Part shown: positions 51,238 to 63,217 of the stretch, in pieces
Layout of the letters: every line of letters begins with the position of its first letter
Numbering within the stretch: position 1 is the first letter of the stretch
Origin: Diadema antillarum
Lineage: Eukaryota
DNA length: 64,000 nucleotides
NCBI RefSeq assembly: GCF_040938485.1
Contig: NW_027271045.1
Location: 372,001 to 436,000, forward strand
Direction: 5' to 3'
Program-made: the position numbers and the translations under genes
The notes under the pieces: generated by a model
Database searches by the model: none
What the model was told of the DNA's origin: nothing
Seen by the model: the letters and a program-made list of their open reading frames with translations, nothing else

Positions 51238-51647
51238 CAGTTGAACCTCTCGTATCCGGACAAGTCGGGACTGGGGCTCATCCGGATAAGGGATTTGGCC
51301 GGATATGGGAGACTCAATGCTTTATACATGTACATATACATACACATGTACTGATGTAGCCCATTGTAGGACCACATGTAGTAATGTGTATCCTGCAACC
51401 CTTTCATTGTTACATTTGGGGATGTTAAAATGTCTGAAGGTAAGCAATTTGGAAGGAAATTTGATGTAATGTATGGTAATCATGTTGGAAGTAATATGTA
51501 ATTCATGTGTGTTTGTGTAGGAGCTCTCAAGGAGTTGGGAATCCCCCTTTCCTCCCGTAATTATTTTTAATAAAAATCACAGCGAGATTGCGTCCGTATA
51601 ATAGAGAGATCCGGATAAAGGGAGGCCGGATAAGAGAGGTTCAACTG
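51238..51647 (-). mobile_element. Tigger-like MITE, 410-bp internally deleted copy inserted in the Kolobok element
   Basis: TA-CAGTTGAACCTCTCGTATCCGG ... CCGGATAAGAGAGGTTCAACTG-TA; reverse complement of 17831-18420 lacking ~180 bp. Confidence 0.9.
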
Positions 51648-51949
51648 TAGTAGTTGTAGTGACCTCCACAGCCATAGCAAACATTACCAAAAGTTGGGCT
51701 TTGTAGCCCCATGCATGTCTCATCTTGCCTGATACTGAAGGTGATTTTGAAGACCAGATCAATCTCAAATGTGCCCCTGAAGAATCTGATCAGGATCCAT
51801 ATGTCAATGATCATGAGACAAAACAGGGAGTTCACGAAGATTTGGGATAGGTTGAACAGGCTCTTTGGGGGTGTTCCATCAACTAGATAAGTGCAGCTGT
51901 ACATCAAAGTTGACAGAAATTAAGAGTGTCATGAGGAACTGACAAATTA

Positions 51950-53420
51950 TGAAATTGTGGCAACAATCCAAACAGAGGATGTGGACATTGATTTCTTGTA
52001 TTAGGTGCCAGATTTGCGGAGCAGTTAACGATGCAGATCAAAGTGATTGGAGAGAAGATGATAGTTTGCTGACCATCGACCTGACTTGCATCTGCGGTCA
52101 TCGTGGTACTTACATGTACAACCTTTGCAAGGCAGAATGGGGCAGGACAGGCAATCTCCAGCTGGAAGTGGTAACCTTCTGCAGTGGCAGTCCTTTTCTT
52201 CAAAGCCAGCATCTGTTTCACTTCATGAATATTGCATTCCTCTCTGAGATTGTCTTTCACTTTATCATTTCAGACTATGTTCTTCCATCCATCAACAGCC
52301 TTTTCAACCTGCAGCAACAGGCTCTCTTCTTGTCATTGACAAACTTCTGTCCGACTCACAGGTGTGGGAGGTGTACCTCACCTGGCCTTAGTGCCCAATA
52401 TTGCACTGACACAGTCTAATGGACCATGATACAGGAAAGATTGTCAGCTACAAAGTTGTACCAGTAACTGACACAAGCTCATCTGTTTGAAAGGAGCTTA
52501 AAGGATTCAAGAGCTGTATGGAAGTACTCAAGCAGAATAACATCACTCCACCCAATATCACTATGATCACCATGTACAGATCTGGAAGGAACTAAAGGAC
52601 AACTACCCTCAAGTCAAACATCAATTTGACATCTGGCATCTGCTTAAGTCTATGTAAACAAGAAACTGTGCAAGAAGGTCACAGGTCAAAACTGCAAGGA
52701 ACTGAGTGCCTGGATACCCTCCATCACGAACCACCTCTGATACTGTACCAAGAACTGTGACAAAAATGCAGACAAGTTTGTCCAGATGTGGACAAACTTG
52801 TCTGCACGGCATTCTCTATCACATCACCAATGAGCACATCTTTCAGAAGACACATAGTGCCAGGCTGTGGTCATGATCCAATGGACCTGGAAGTAGCTGG
52901 AAAAGAAAAGGTGGCTGAAAAAAGGGCAGCTCTGCATTCAAGGGTTTGGAGGGTGTCATTCAAGACAAGAGGCTCTTGAAGAACATTAGCCATCTGAGTG
53001 AGTTCTGCCGTACCGAAGAGCTAGAATCCTATCACTCACTCATGCTCAAGTATTGTACAAAGTGGGTGGGATTCAATGAGCCCATGATGAATGCAAGAAT
53101 GCAACTGACCATCATGGACCACAACTCAAATGTTGGACGGAAACAAAAAAAAACATTCCAATGACCTTAAGGACCCAGCCAACTTGGAGACGTGCAGTAC
53201 AGAGTTGTGTGTCCATAAGCAACGGAAAAATGGGAGCCACGGCAGGTATACAAGGACAAAAGTTATGAGTTTGTGTGGGACATCATGGCGGAAACTTTCG
53301 AGGCAAAACAAACTGGGAAACACACCAAAGTGCCTGGCCCAACAGCACACAGGATTGCAAAGAAGTCTCCTCCTCCAAGTCTGTGTTGATTGCTCATCAT
53401 CTGTCTAAATATATTGGTAG
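51950..53420 (+). pseudogene. Kolobok DDE transposase (degraded)
   Basis: CICGH; GRCTSPGLSAQYC..MDHDTGKIV; HQFDIWHLLKS; WIPSITNHL; ELESYHSLMLKYCTK...MNARMQLTIMDHNSNVGR; multiple frameshifts. The N-terminal part may extend to ~51060. Confidence 0.85.
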
Positions 53421-53652
53421 ACTCGATACTGAACTGAGCTTGACCAGCATAATATTTGACAGATTCATTATGTTTACATAGTATGAGATGTTTTTATCTG
53501 CTTTTATCAGGTCCAAAACATATTTAGCTTTGCCTCGTACGTTTCAGATTGTTCCAGTGGTACTATTGGGTGGATAATTCTTATCAACAGCCTCTGTAAT
53601 GTGCATTATTTGCATATTGTAGAATACCGATGCAAATAGTGAATAGACACAA

Positions 53653-53725
53653 GTGCAATGGTACAAGATTTCACCACAGGTGAAAGATAGAGGCCCTCTT
53701 TTTGACGAGGTGAAGCCGAGTTGAA
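53653..53725. mobile_element. Half copy of the palindromic MITE at 56180-56299
   Basis: GTGCAATGGTACAAGATTT...GGTGAAAGATAGAGG...GACGAGGTGAAGCCGAGTTGAA. Confidence 0.6.
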
Positions 53726-55175
53726 TGAATAATTAGCACAAAACAGAAAAAAATATATTTTCTATCACATTATATAACCATATAATCTTGTGCTTGTCAT
53801 CCAGCTCAATGTTAAGGCAAAATTTTGCAGCAATCACGCCATTGGCAGATGAAATCTGAAGGGGGGGGGGGGGTCAAACAGACACCCCCCTTCAGACTGA
53901 AGGAACACACACCCTTACAAAGGAGATTTGTGTCAAATGCATTGTGACTTACAAAAATTTGTAGTTAAAACAAGAAACAAACAAACAAGCAAACAAACAA
54001 ACAAACAGCAAATTAACCTTCGATATGGGCAGGGGAGGCAATTTTGTTTTGTTTTGTTTTAGTGTTGTAGCTTGCCTGGCAACAAATGTTCAAAAGGGGC
54101 CAAATTTACAGGTGTGTAAGACTGATGAGAGAATGCAACCATGCATAGAAAGAAAATATTGCATGCAAAAAATGTTTGTTTGACACAAGGATAATGACAG
54201 ATACAGATTCATCACAATTTGATCAAAATCAGACTAATATAGAAAAAAAAAGCTTTATTTAGTTGGTTATCCTACTGCACACTGACTCCCTAAGAGACCT
54301 TAAAATAGCTAATCTGGTTTTACGACATATACATTCACAGTCATTTCATAATTTTGAAATGTGTATGAACTGAAAATTCCTATTTTTTTCCAGCAAAATT
54401 GCACAAAATTTTCTTAATGATAGCATGATTTCCCATCATTTAAATCATGCCCTTTCAATGATTACTTTGTTAGGAAATCATATACATTACATTAGGGATT
54501 GCTTATTAAAGGGATAGGATTTACACCAAATATCAAAACAAACAAACTAAAAAAAATTCTTGCATTGATTCACTTATAAATGTTAAACATGAAATTAGAC
54601 CCGTACATTTTGTTGTCTTTTCCAAGGAAGCCAATGAATTACGACTTGCAGCATCAATACATTCCCTGAAGATTGCACTTGATATACATATTAAAGAATT
54701 CCTCATCTTACAACAAGATGTATAAATATATAATAGACACTGATTTGTATAAAAAAAAATAATGCACATCTTGGTATAGCAAATTTGATATTCTCTGATA
54801 ATAGCACTTGGAATGACATATAAGTACTTTGAAGTTGACATTCATAAACTTGATAATTTCCTATTTGCAAAGATATTTGAACATCAAGCACCAACACCCT
54901 TATACAATGCATTCATTATCACTCTTCTTTGGTGATTTTGTGGCAAATCAGCAACTCCATTCTTTGAGGATCCATTCTGGCTCAGTGGATAAGATTAAAA
55001 GGCCACTCAGTGATATCTCCTTGGTCCCGGTCCACGAGCAGCAGCAGTTGCATATTCCTGTTGGCAAAATATTTTGTCTTCACTGCCTTGTTCTTCAGAG
55101 AGGACTTTGTAATACAGTATGCAATGCTGTTTACTAGTCACACGGTAATTTGCAAAAGGGTATGAAAGCATTTAA

Positions 55176-55260
55176 CCCATTGAAGACTTGTCCCAAATAT
55201 AATCAGGTAGGTGTCTATGGGAAATGTATGGTATAGCAAAATCAGCTCATCCTCAATGGG
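55176..55260. mobile_element. 85-bp TTAA MITE, reverse orientation relative to 7906-7990
   Basis: TTAA-CCCATTGAAGAC ... ATCCTCAATGGG-TTAA; its reverse complement aligns end to end with 7906-7990. Confidence 0.8.
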
Positions 55261-55497
55261 TTAAGTGCATCCTTAGTGGTCATGTAAAATACATTTGTAC
55301 ATTTGAATGCATCCTATTATCATCATACCATTATCCAGAGAAGGACTTGATTTCTAGGCCATCATCAAATCATTCCACAAAACGCTCCTGGATCATCAGA
55401 ATTACATGAGTGCCTAACAAACCCTTCTGCAGAAGGCTGTCAGACCATCCAAATATATAGCAGAGTGATGGACAAACCGTTCCGCTCTCACGTCGTT

Positions 55498-55697
55498 TCA
55501 GGCTCGGGGCACTTCGTACCTCCTCCTGTCTTTACTCAGCAGCTGGCCGAATACGATGTTGTATGGGTGGACAAATTTTGTTGGCTGCTGGAAGCGATCC
55601 ACCAGCTCTCTCTCCTCCATCGCCCACTTGAAGAGACCGCCCTCAAGGTTGTAGATGTGCATGTTTGACGGGAAACCGTGTGAAGAAGGCTTTGGAG
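55498..55697 (-). CDS. Rhodanese-domain protein, last exon
   Basis: Acceptor CACTCAG, phase 1; APKPSSHGFPSNMHIYNLEGGLFKWAMEER...VHPYNIVFGQLL (rhodanese C-terminal L.GG..W motif); TGA. Confidence 0.9.
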
Positions 55698-56179
55698 CTG
55701 AGTGAGGATAGGAATAAAATGAGATATAACGGAACACAAGAAAAAATGCACAAGAGTTAATACGTTTTTGTGTGTGACAGATGTGTACCAGTGCCTCTTG
55801 CTGCTGTACTACTGTACAGCAACTACTATAATTGTGATCTTGAAGTTGTTTGCCTCTCCGTAATTTGTCTCAGCAACGAGTATCTTAAGTCCAATTCCAT
55901 ACTTTATTTAAGTTGACTTGAATAAATAGAGTTAAAATCAGATGAAAACAATTTGCAGATGTTTAGCTGAAATTACACTTGTCAAGTCTCATTTCAATAT
56001 GAGAAAGTTGCAGAGTGTGCACAAATATTTGCTGCATTTACTTTTTCTTTAACATGAAATCAATAAGAATAAAATTTCACAAGTGAACCTCCATTGCTCA
56101 AGAATGACCACAGGCAGTACAATAGTTGCTGTCAACTTGGCTGGAGCAGTACCATTATACAAACAGTGAATGGTCACAA

Positions 56180-56299
56180 GTCCAATGGCACAAGATTTTG
56201 CGCGAGGTGAAAGATAGAGGAGCTCTATTCAACGAGGCGAAGTCGAGTTGAAAAGTGCGCCTCATCTTTCACCGAGTACGAAATCTTGTTCCATTGCAC
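56180..56299. mobile_element. 120-bp palindromic MITE
   Basis: GTCCAATGGCACAAGATTTT..GGTGAAAGAT ... ATCTTTCACC..AAATCTTGTTCCATTGCAC. Confidence 0.75.
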
Positions 56300-57183
56300 A
56301 AATAAAGACAATACACTATTTGCTAGAACATCAACAGATGTGGTTCACACAGACTCTTGAATTTAGCACAGAAATGGCAACTATTTTCTGTGAAAGACGA
56401 ATGAGACACCACACAGTCAAAGTCACTGTGTACATACAGATGTAAAGCTGATCGGTTATAGTTGTTAAAAAAATGAGCGACAAAATAACGCACTTGTAAG
56501 CGTGCTTGTAATTGTTGAGTGCGCGCGGCAAATGTTTGTTTACTGTGACATCAGAGCCATGTGCTGGAAAAAAACTTGGGGGTCAATTGTGAGTTCAACT
56601 CGGGAGTCAGTGGAAATGGGTGACGTCAGAGATGCGCTATCCATTTTTTCTCAAACAAAAATTGCAAAGGGATATCTAGGAAGTGGGGAAGGGGGAAGAT
56701 GGGGTTGAAAAACATGCTCAGCTAAGTATGATTTTTCTGTGCTGTTTCAAAGAGGGAACATTAGTGACCTGAAACATTCAAGACTGAAAGCTACTACATA
56801 GCTTGCATCTATTTTTTTTGCAGCATTTTATACATTGAGTTTCACGTTTGCAAAAGAGTGCAGTATACATACTATTAAATGTGGTATGAATCTTTAAGCC
56901 TCAATGGCCCAATTTCACAAAGGTCATTTGCATAAAATCCAGGGTTTAAATTTTATTCCAGCAGCGAAAACAGGGACGAAATAGGCATACTTTCATGTGT
57001 ACGTATGTGTCAGCGTATGTTCATTATTGGGCGTCTGCTGGCATACACAATCTGTCCCGCATCTTCACACAGACAGAATTTTCACAATCTACCTTTGTGA
57101 ATTGGGGACAATGCATTTTCAAAATGACAAAATGTATTTGATGAAAAACTTCACAGCAAAAGTTAAATAGTGCATGACCACAC

Positions 57184-57294
57184 CTGTTTTTTTGTCATCC
57201 ACTTCCAAACAACGCTGGAGCTTTTCTGCTAAAGCTGATGACCTGTAGCCCAGTGAGCAGTACATCACAACATGGATTGGTTCAGACCTTTCTC
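57184..57294 (-). CDS. Rhodanese-domain protein, catalytic exon
   Basis: Acceptor CCATCAG and donor GTGTGG, phase 1/1; ERSEPIHVVMYCSLGYRSSALAEKL with a CxxGxR active-site loop. Not in the supplied ORF track. Confidence 0.9.
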
Positions 57295-58040
57295 CTGATG
57301 GAAGAAGGATTATGGAAATATTATTGCTGTGCTTAATGGTCAGACACTTTCTATTTAGTGGGACATGCTTCTTAACCTATAATCTACCAATGATGCATTG
57401 AGTGATTTGAAGATTGCCATTTCAGTTGTTATAGTAAATGCAGACGGAAATCAAAACACCTTCTCATATAATGAAAATTATATTGTCAAGTCATCATTGC
57501 TACATCAGTTCAAAATTGATGAACTTATATCCTTCTATAATCATTCTGTGGGGTTTTACGTATCAGCAACTGCATAGGCCCATAAGTATGGTCAGGTACA
57601 CTAGACATTCTTGAAGGCGTCAGCATATCAATCAGTATCAACTGCACCCATACAAACACAGATGCATCAAAACGTACTATTCAAGTGCAATAACTTACAA
57701 TGCATGTAAGCTGTTGGAGTACTGACACAAAAAGCTCAACGGCGTAATACTGTGTGGGTAACAAAATGTTTATTGGAAATCTCTAGCAGTTGTTCATTCG
57801 TCCTCCATCATTAAGAAGTTTCCTGTTCTATCATTCTGAGGAACAGTCTGAGTGATCTACAATGTACCTCTACAAAATACTAGCTCAGGTAGAAACCTAA
57901 TTTTCAAATTTGAGAAAATCAAAACAAACATTCCAGATGGGGGATCAACAAAACTTGGGATAAAGAGCAACTAACACATATGGAACTTACAAACATTCAT
58001 TTCTGCATCATTCATGTGAAGGTCAACCTGACTTGCTCAC

Positions 58041-58155
58041 CTGTGAGGTGTTCATGAACAGTTCTCCTGACGATGTCCATATTTTCAGTCCCTGGGTCTA
58101 CCCTAACAACCGAAGGGATGTGGCTAATGCTGTACTCTTCTTCTGGCCGGACATC
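58041..58155 (-). CDS. Rhodanese-domain protein, middle exon
   Basis: Acceptor TTCCCAG and donor GTGAGC, phase 0/1; DVRPEEEYSISHIP (D.R...EY...HI.GA-type motif). Confidence 0.9.
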
Positions 58156-58503
58156 CTGGGAAGAGAAAAGACTGAATTAAAAGAAATGCCAGCTACTGAT
58201 GACAAAGAATACAAGGATGAGAGATGGATCTGAACTACACATGTAGGGCAGGATGCTCCATGCCTACTTGCCCAGAGCAGTGGGAAATCACTGTTGGGCA
58301 AATAAAACAAATGGACCCTGGACTGTTCGTAAATAAAGAGCCTTCGGTCATATGCTCATACAGGCAGTCACATTGGAGAGATACTCTTTATATGAAATGT
58401 CCTCCCTTAATAAAGTAATGCTGGCATCTAACCTGACACCCAATTTGTTTATTTTCATTTTTAATTCTTTTATTTTTCTTTGCTGGCATGTCATATGGAT
58501 ATA

Positions 58504-59037
58504 CAGTGCACTCCCGTTACAACGAATATGGTTATAACGAAATTTCGTTATAACGAAGTAAATCTTCTGGTCCCAAAATTATCACCATTAAAGTCTATGG
58601 CACAAAATTCGCTTATAACGAACACGGTTACAGCGAAATTTCCATTATAACGAAGTCTTCTCCGAGCGCCACAGACAAAGAAAAACAAAAGAAATGTGCT
58701 CCGTTATAACGAAATGCGAATTGCTTTCGAAAATACGTAGCGGAACAAGCATTCATAGCGTCTCTGCATGGGTGAACGCTTCACACCACTGTGTGTTCGC
58801 TCCTTGTGCCACACACACTTTCTGAATGGAACTTGCGTTTATTATTGTAATACAGTTATCCCATCACATTTCACATAGCTTTCCAGTGTATGATGAGTAT
58901 TCAGCAAACATAATATGAGATATATGCGTGGTTCCTTGTTTTCGTTATATATTGTATTTGTTCGGTTATAACGAAATTTCGTTATAATGAAAGAAAACCA
59001 CCGGTCCTGAGCATTTCGTTATAACGGGAGTGCACTG
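58504..59037. mobile_element. Tigger-like MITE, 534 bp
   Basis: TA-CAGTGCACTCCCGTTACAACGAA ... TTCGTTATAACGGGAGTGCACTG-TA; repeated GTTATAACGAA motifs. Confidence 0.9.
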
Positions 59038-59039
59038 TA

Positions 59040-59750
59040 TGGGCATATTGATGCCAACGTCAAGAAGGCTAACTCTGTTTGTGCCTTCCTCCGTGTAACT
59101 TCAGACACTGCAATCAGAAGATAAAGCAGGCCACCTATTTCACCTACATTCGTCCAGTTGTGGAGTATGCTGCAACAGCATGGGACCCACACACCAGAAA
59201 AAATGTGGACAAGATCGAGATGGTTCAGCAACGAAGTGCACGTTACGTGACTGGCAACTTCAAATGTCACAGCAGTGTCACCGCCATGCTAGACAGGTTA
59301 CAATGGCCATCACTTGCTAGCAGGCGTCTACAAAGCCGTCTTGTAATGCTGTATCGCATCCGTTATGATCTGGTGGACATTGACTGGCAGCAATACCTAC
59401 AAAAGTCAACATCTTCCACAAGAGGGCATGATTCCCGCTTCAGGACACCATTATGCACCAATCTGGTGTATAGCTCATCCGTCTTCCCCAGAACTGCCAG
59501 AGACTGGAACCACCTACCAGCAGACCCAGCTGACTCACCCTCCCTCGAGGCATTCAAGTCCTTCTTGAGGGAGACGTAACTGCAGCTCATGTATGAAATT
59601 ATGGATTTTTACTTGCACTCCATGTATATATTTTGTAAATACACTACTTGTGGAATTTGACGGGTGGAGCACACATGCGGCTGCACACTCTCACACACTA
59701 CAGGTCGTAATCTTCAAGCATGAAGCTGCACTTAACGGAAGAAAAAATAG
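59040..59750 (+). mobile_element. CR1-group LINE 3' fragment (antisense in the rhodanese intron)
   Basis: HI..VKKAN...RPVVEYAATAWDP...IEMVQQRSARYV...LQWPSLASRR...RDWNHLP; 3' UTR ends near GGAAGAAAAAATAGATAGATGG. Confidence 0.85.
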
Positions 59751-60650
59751 ATAGATGGATGGATAAAGGGTGACTTTACAGTAAATAGTTCATTCTGGGT
59801 GTGTCATTCTGGAAAGCCTCTTCAAGACTGCAGCTGAGCATACAAATTTTTTTTTTTCTTTTGAGTGGAGCGTACAAGGGGTAGAAAAACTTAACATAAA
59901 TAAAGTTATGAAATGGGTTCAAGAATGTCGCCAATAGGAAGCGCTGAAATGAGTCATGTGTGCTTTGGTTATTCTAGTCCCATTGCACTGCGTGTTAAAT
60001 CCTATTGCTGATCGTCTGTGCGCGCGGCGGCTCCTTTGAATTGCATGCATACGCGCTGTCAATCCTGTAAACAACTTCTAGTTTGGGCTGCCGGCCGCCG
60101 GCCTTTCTTCCCTTGTGCATAACATGTGTACGTGTGGCGTACGTATAGTCTTATACGTACAGTACAGTAGACCAAGCGTTGTGGGACCGGACGCGTACAT
60201 GGAGTCACTTTGAAGGGCAAATCCAACGATTTAGCAGGTTAATTCTCACGCCGTTTTCAAAGTATGTTGTATAGTAGGCCTATATGAGGAGTCTATATCA
60301 AGTCTTCAAGGTAAAGGGTGCATATTCTATGTCAAATAAGTAAGTTTTCATGCGGGAACTTAAGTGTCCGGAAACCCAACCCCCCATCATACTTACTAAA
60401 TGTATATGTGCGGGATTTCCGAGTGCGACGTGCGTAAATGTTTGGGACGAACATCTTCGGACGTCTTGACCCACAAAGGTACCATGCCGTCAATCCCTCG
60501 TTTGAGGCGAGTCCCCAACTGGGGCATACCCAAAGTGGGGTGCGTATTTTTGTCGTTTGGGAGTTGGGAGTCGAAGTACTTGTCCATTGCAAATAAACTT
60601 TCTGCTCAGGCGTGACAAACCTGGAGGCCAAGCCAGGGTTTGATGACTCC

Positions 60651-61243
60651 AGCAGCTGTCGTATTACGTAAGAGCATGATAAGGATATCTGCCTGTGGCA
60701 GACCATTCAAAGTGAACTCAATTTTCTCTATCCTTTCTAAAGTTTTCAATTTTATATTCTATTGAGAAATTCTATGGTCATCCATTTTACATTTCGAACG
60801 AAAAAAATTGACCCGTAAATAACGAAAATACAGGAATAAGAAGGAGAGCATTGCCAGTTTGCCGGTGCTGACAATGTGCTATTTGGCAGTGAGTTACAAC
60901 GGGGAGGTGAGACTACCTCCCTGGTTACATCAGCCTGCTGACTGGATCATTGAGAAAGCAGCTGTCGTATTACGTAAGAGCATGATAAGGATATCTGCCT
61001 GTGGCAGACCATTCAAAGTGAACTCAATTTTCTCTATCCTTTCTAAAGTTTTCAATTTTATATTCTATTGAGAAATTCTATGGTCATCCATTTTACATTT
61101 CGAACGAAAAAAATCGACCCGTAAATAACGAAAATACAGGAATAAGAAGGAGAGCATTGCCAGTTTGCCGGTGCTGACAATGTGCTATTTGGCAGTGAGT
61201 TACAACGGGGAGGTGAGACTACCTCGCTGGTTACAATCAGCCT
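60651..61243. repeat. Near-identical 306-bp tandem duplication abutting a gap
   Basis: AGCAGCTGTCGTATTACG at 60651 and 60957; the copies differ at only a few bases. Confidence 0.9.
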
Positions 61244-61378
61244 NNNNNNNNNNNNNNNNNNNNNNNNNNNNNNNNNNNNNNNNNNNNNNNNNNNNNNNNN
61301 NNNNNNNNNNNNNNNNNNNNNNNNNNNNNNNNNNNNNNNNNNNNNNNNNNNNNNNNNNNNNNNNNNNNNNNNNNNNNN
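61244..61378. other. Assembly gap (N run)
   Basis: Ns in the sequence. Confidence 1.
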
Positions 61379-61747
61379 GAGCAAAATGGAATGACAATAG
61401 TTCCGGTCACTACAGTACAGGCATGTTGGTAGCTCCATGGTACAGGCATGCTCTGTCTGCATACGCTGAATGTCTACACTCACACACACACACGTACACA
61501 CACACACGCACCATGGAGCTACATGGCCCATGCCAAAACCAAAAAATCTCCTCCTCTCGCGGTGCCCCCCCCCCCCTCCTGTGGCGCTGTGGCGATGACT
61601 GATGCTTAGATTAGGCCAGGGTCAAGAAACAGGTGTTTTATATCTTTGACTTTAAGTCATTGATTGCCAAGATATGCACTGGCATAATTTACTGGGGTGT
61701 AGCCTCTTCAAACGAGAGATTTACGTCATGCGAGAAAAACGCTGAAA

Positions 61748-63217
61748 AATGCTGTTAGTTTTCGAATTTTCAACCCATTTTATAAAACAAATGATGCACA
61801 GGATTATTTCGTGGCGTTAGTGGAGGCGTATAGCTCACTCTCGGGTATTTAACTCGAGTGCACTATACGCCTTCACTAACGCACTCTATCCTGTGCATCA
61901 TTTGTATATTATAAAATGGGTTCAAGAATGTAGCCAATTGGAAGCGCTGAAATGAGTCACGTGTGCGTGCATTATTTTCTTCAGGTATGCACTAAGAAGA
62001 GTCTCTCTTCCACCTCCCTGGCCTGACGTACGTCACAATGTTTTACACTAGCAGTGCGCACTCAATCAGTTGTTACAAGTGCGTCACGCGCTACTATACG
62101 TGCTGTCAATCCTGTAAACAACTTCTAGTTCGGGCCGCGGGCTGCCACAACAGCCGGCGGCCTTTCTTGTGCATAACAGTACGTGGCGTACGTATACTCT
62201 TATACGTACGTACAGTACTTATGTGCGGGATTTCCGAGTGCGACGTGCGTAAATGTTTGGGACGAACATCTTCGGACATCTTGACTTTTGAGCGAGTGCT
62301 ACATGTAGCTGACTGGTATTGACCCACAAAGGTACGTGAATAATGCTGTTAGTTTTCGACCCATTTTATAAAACAAATGATGCACAGGATTATTTCGTGG
62401 CGTTAGTGCGCCTCGTGCATGTCGCACCATTGTCAATACTCTCGAGGGCGCCGCACCTTCACTAACACACTCTATCCTGTGCATCATTAGTATAATAGTA
62501 GTACGCGGGTAATTAAGTGTGTACGTGTGAGCTGCATGCAGCATGCATGCAGCACGCACAAATTCCATTTTATAAAATGGGTTCAAGAATGTAGCCAATT
62601 GGAAGCGCTGAAATGAGTCACGTGTGCGTGCATTATTTTCTTCAGGTAAGCACTAAGAAGAGTCTCTCTTCCACCCCCCTGGCCTGACGTACGTCACAAT
62701 GTTTTACACTAGCAGTGCGCACTCAATCAGTTGTTACAAGTGTGTCACGCGCTACTATACGCGCTGTCAATCCTGTAAACAACTTCTAGTTCGGGCCGCA
62801 AGCTGCCACAACAGCCGGCGGCCTTTCTTGTGCATAACAGTACGTGGCGTACGTATACTCTTATGCGTACGTACAGTACTTATCAGTGTGCGGGATTTCC
62901 GAGTGCGACGTGCGTAAATGTTTGGGACGAACATCTTCGGACATCTTGACTTTTGAGCGAGTGCTACATGTAGCTGACTGGTATTGACCCACAAAGGTAC
63001 GTGAATAATGCTGTTAGGTTTCGACCCATTTTATAAAACTAATGATGCACAGGATTATTTCGTGGCGTTAGTGAAGGTGCGGCTCACTCTCGAGTATTGA
63101 CAACGGTTGCAAACATGCACTCGGCTGCGCCTCGTGCATGTCGCACCATTGTCAATACTCTCGAGTGCGCCGCACCTTCACTAACACACTCTATCCTGTG
63201 CATCATTAGTATATTAT
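61748..63217. repeat. Tandem array of palindromic-MITE + CpG-rich core units (periods 594 and 665 bp)
   Basis: AATGCTGTTAG at 61748, 62342 and 63007; palindromes ACCCATTTTATAAAA..GATGCACAGGAT ... ATCCTGTGCATC..ATAAAATGGGT; a diverged core copy lies at ~59910-60480. Confidence 0.9.

Noticed and set aside
60651-61243. Biologically meaningful 306-bp duplication
   Set aside because: Near-identical copies directly abutting a gap are as likely an allelic or assembly overlap; not interpretable without reads.
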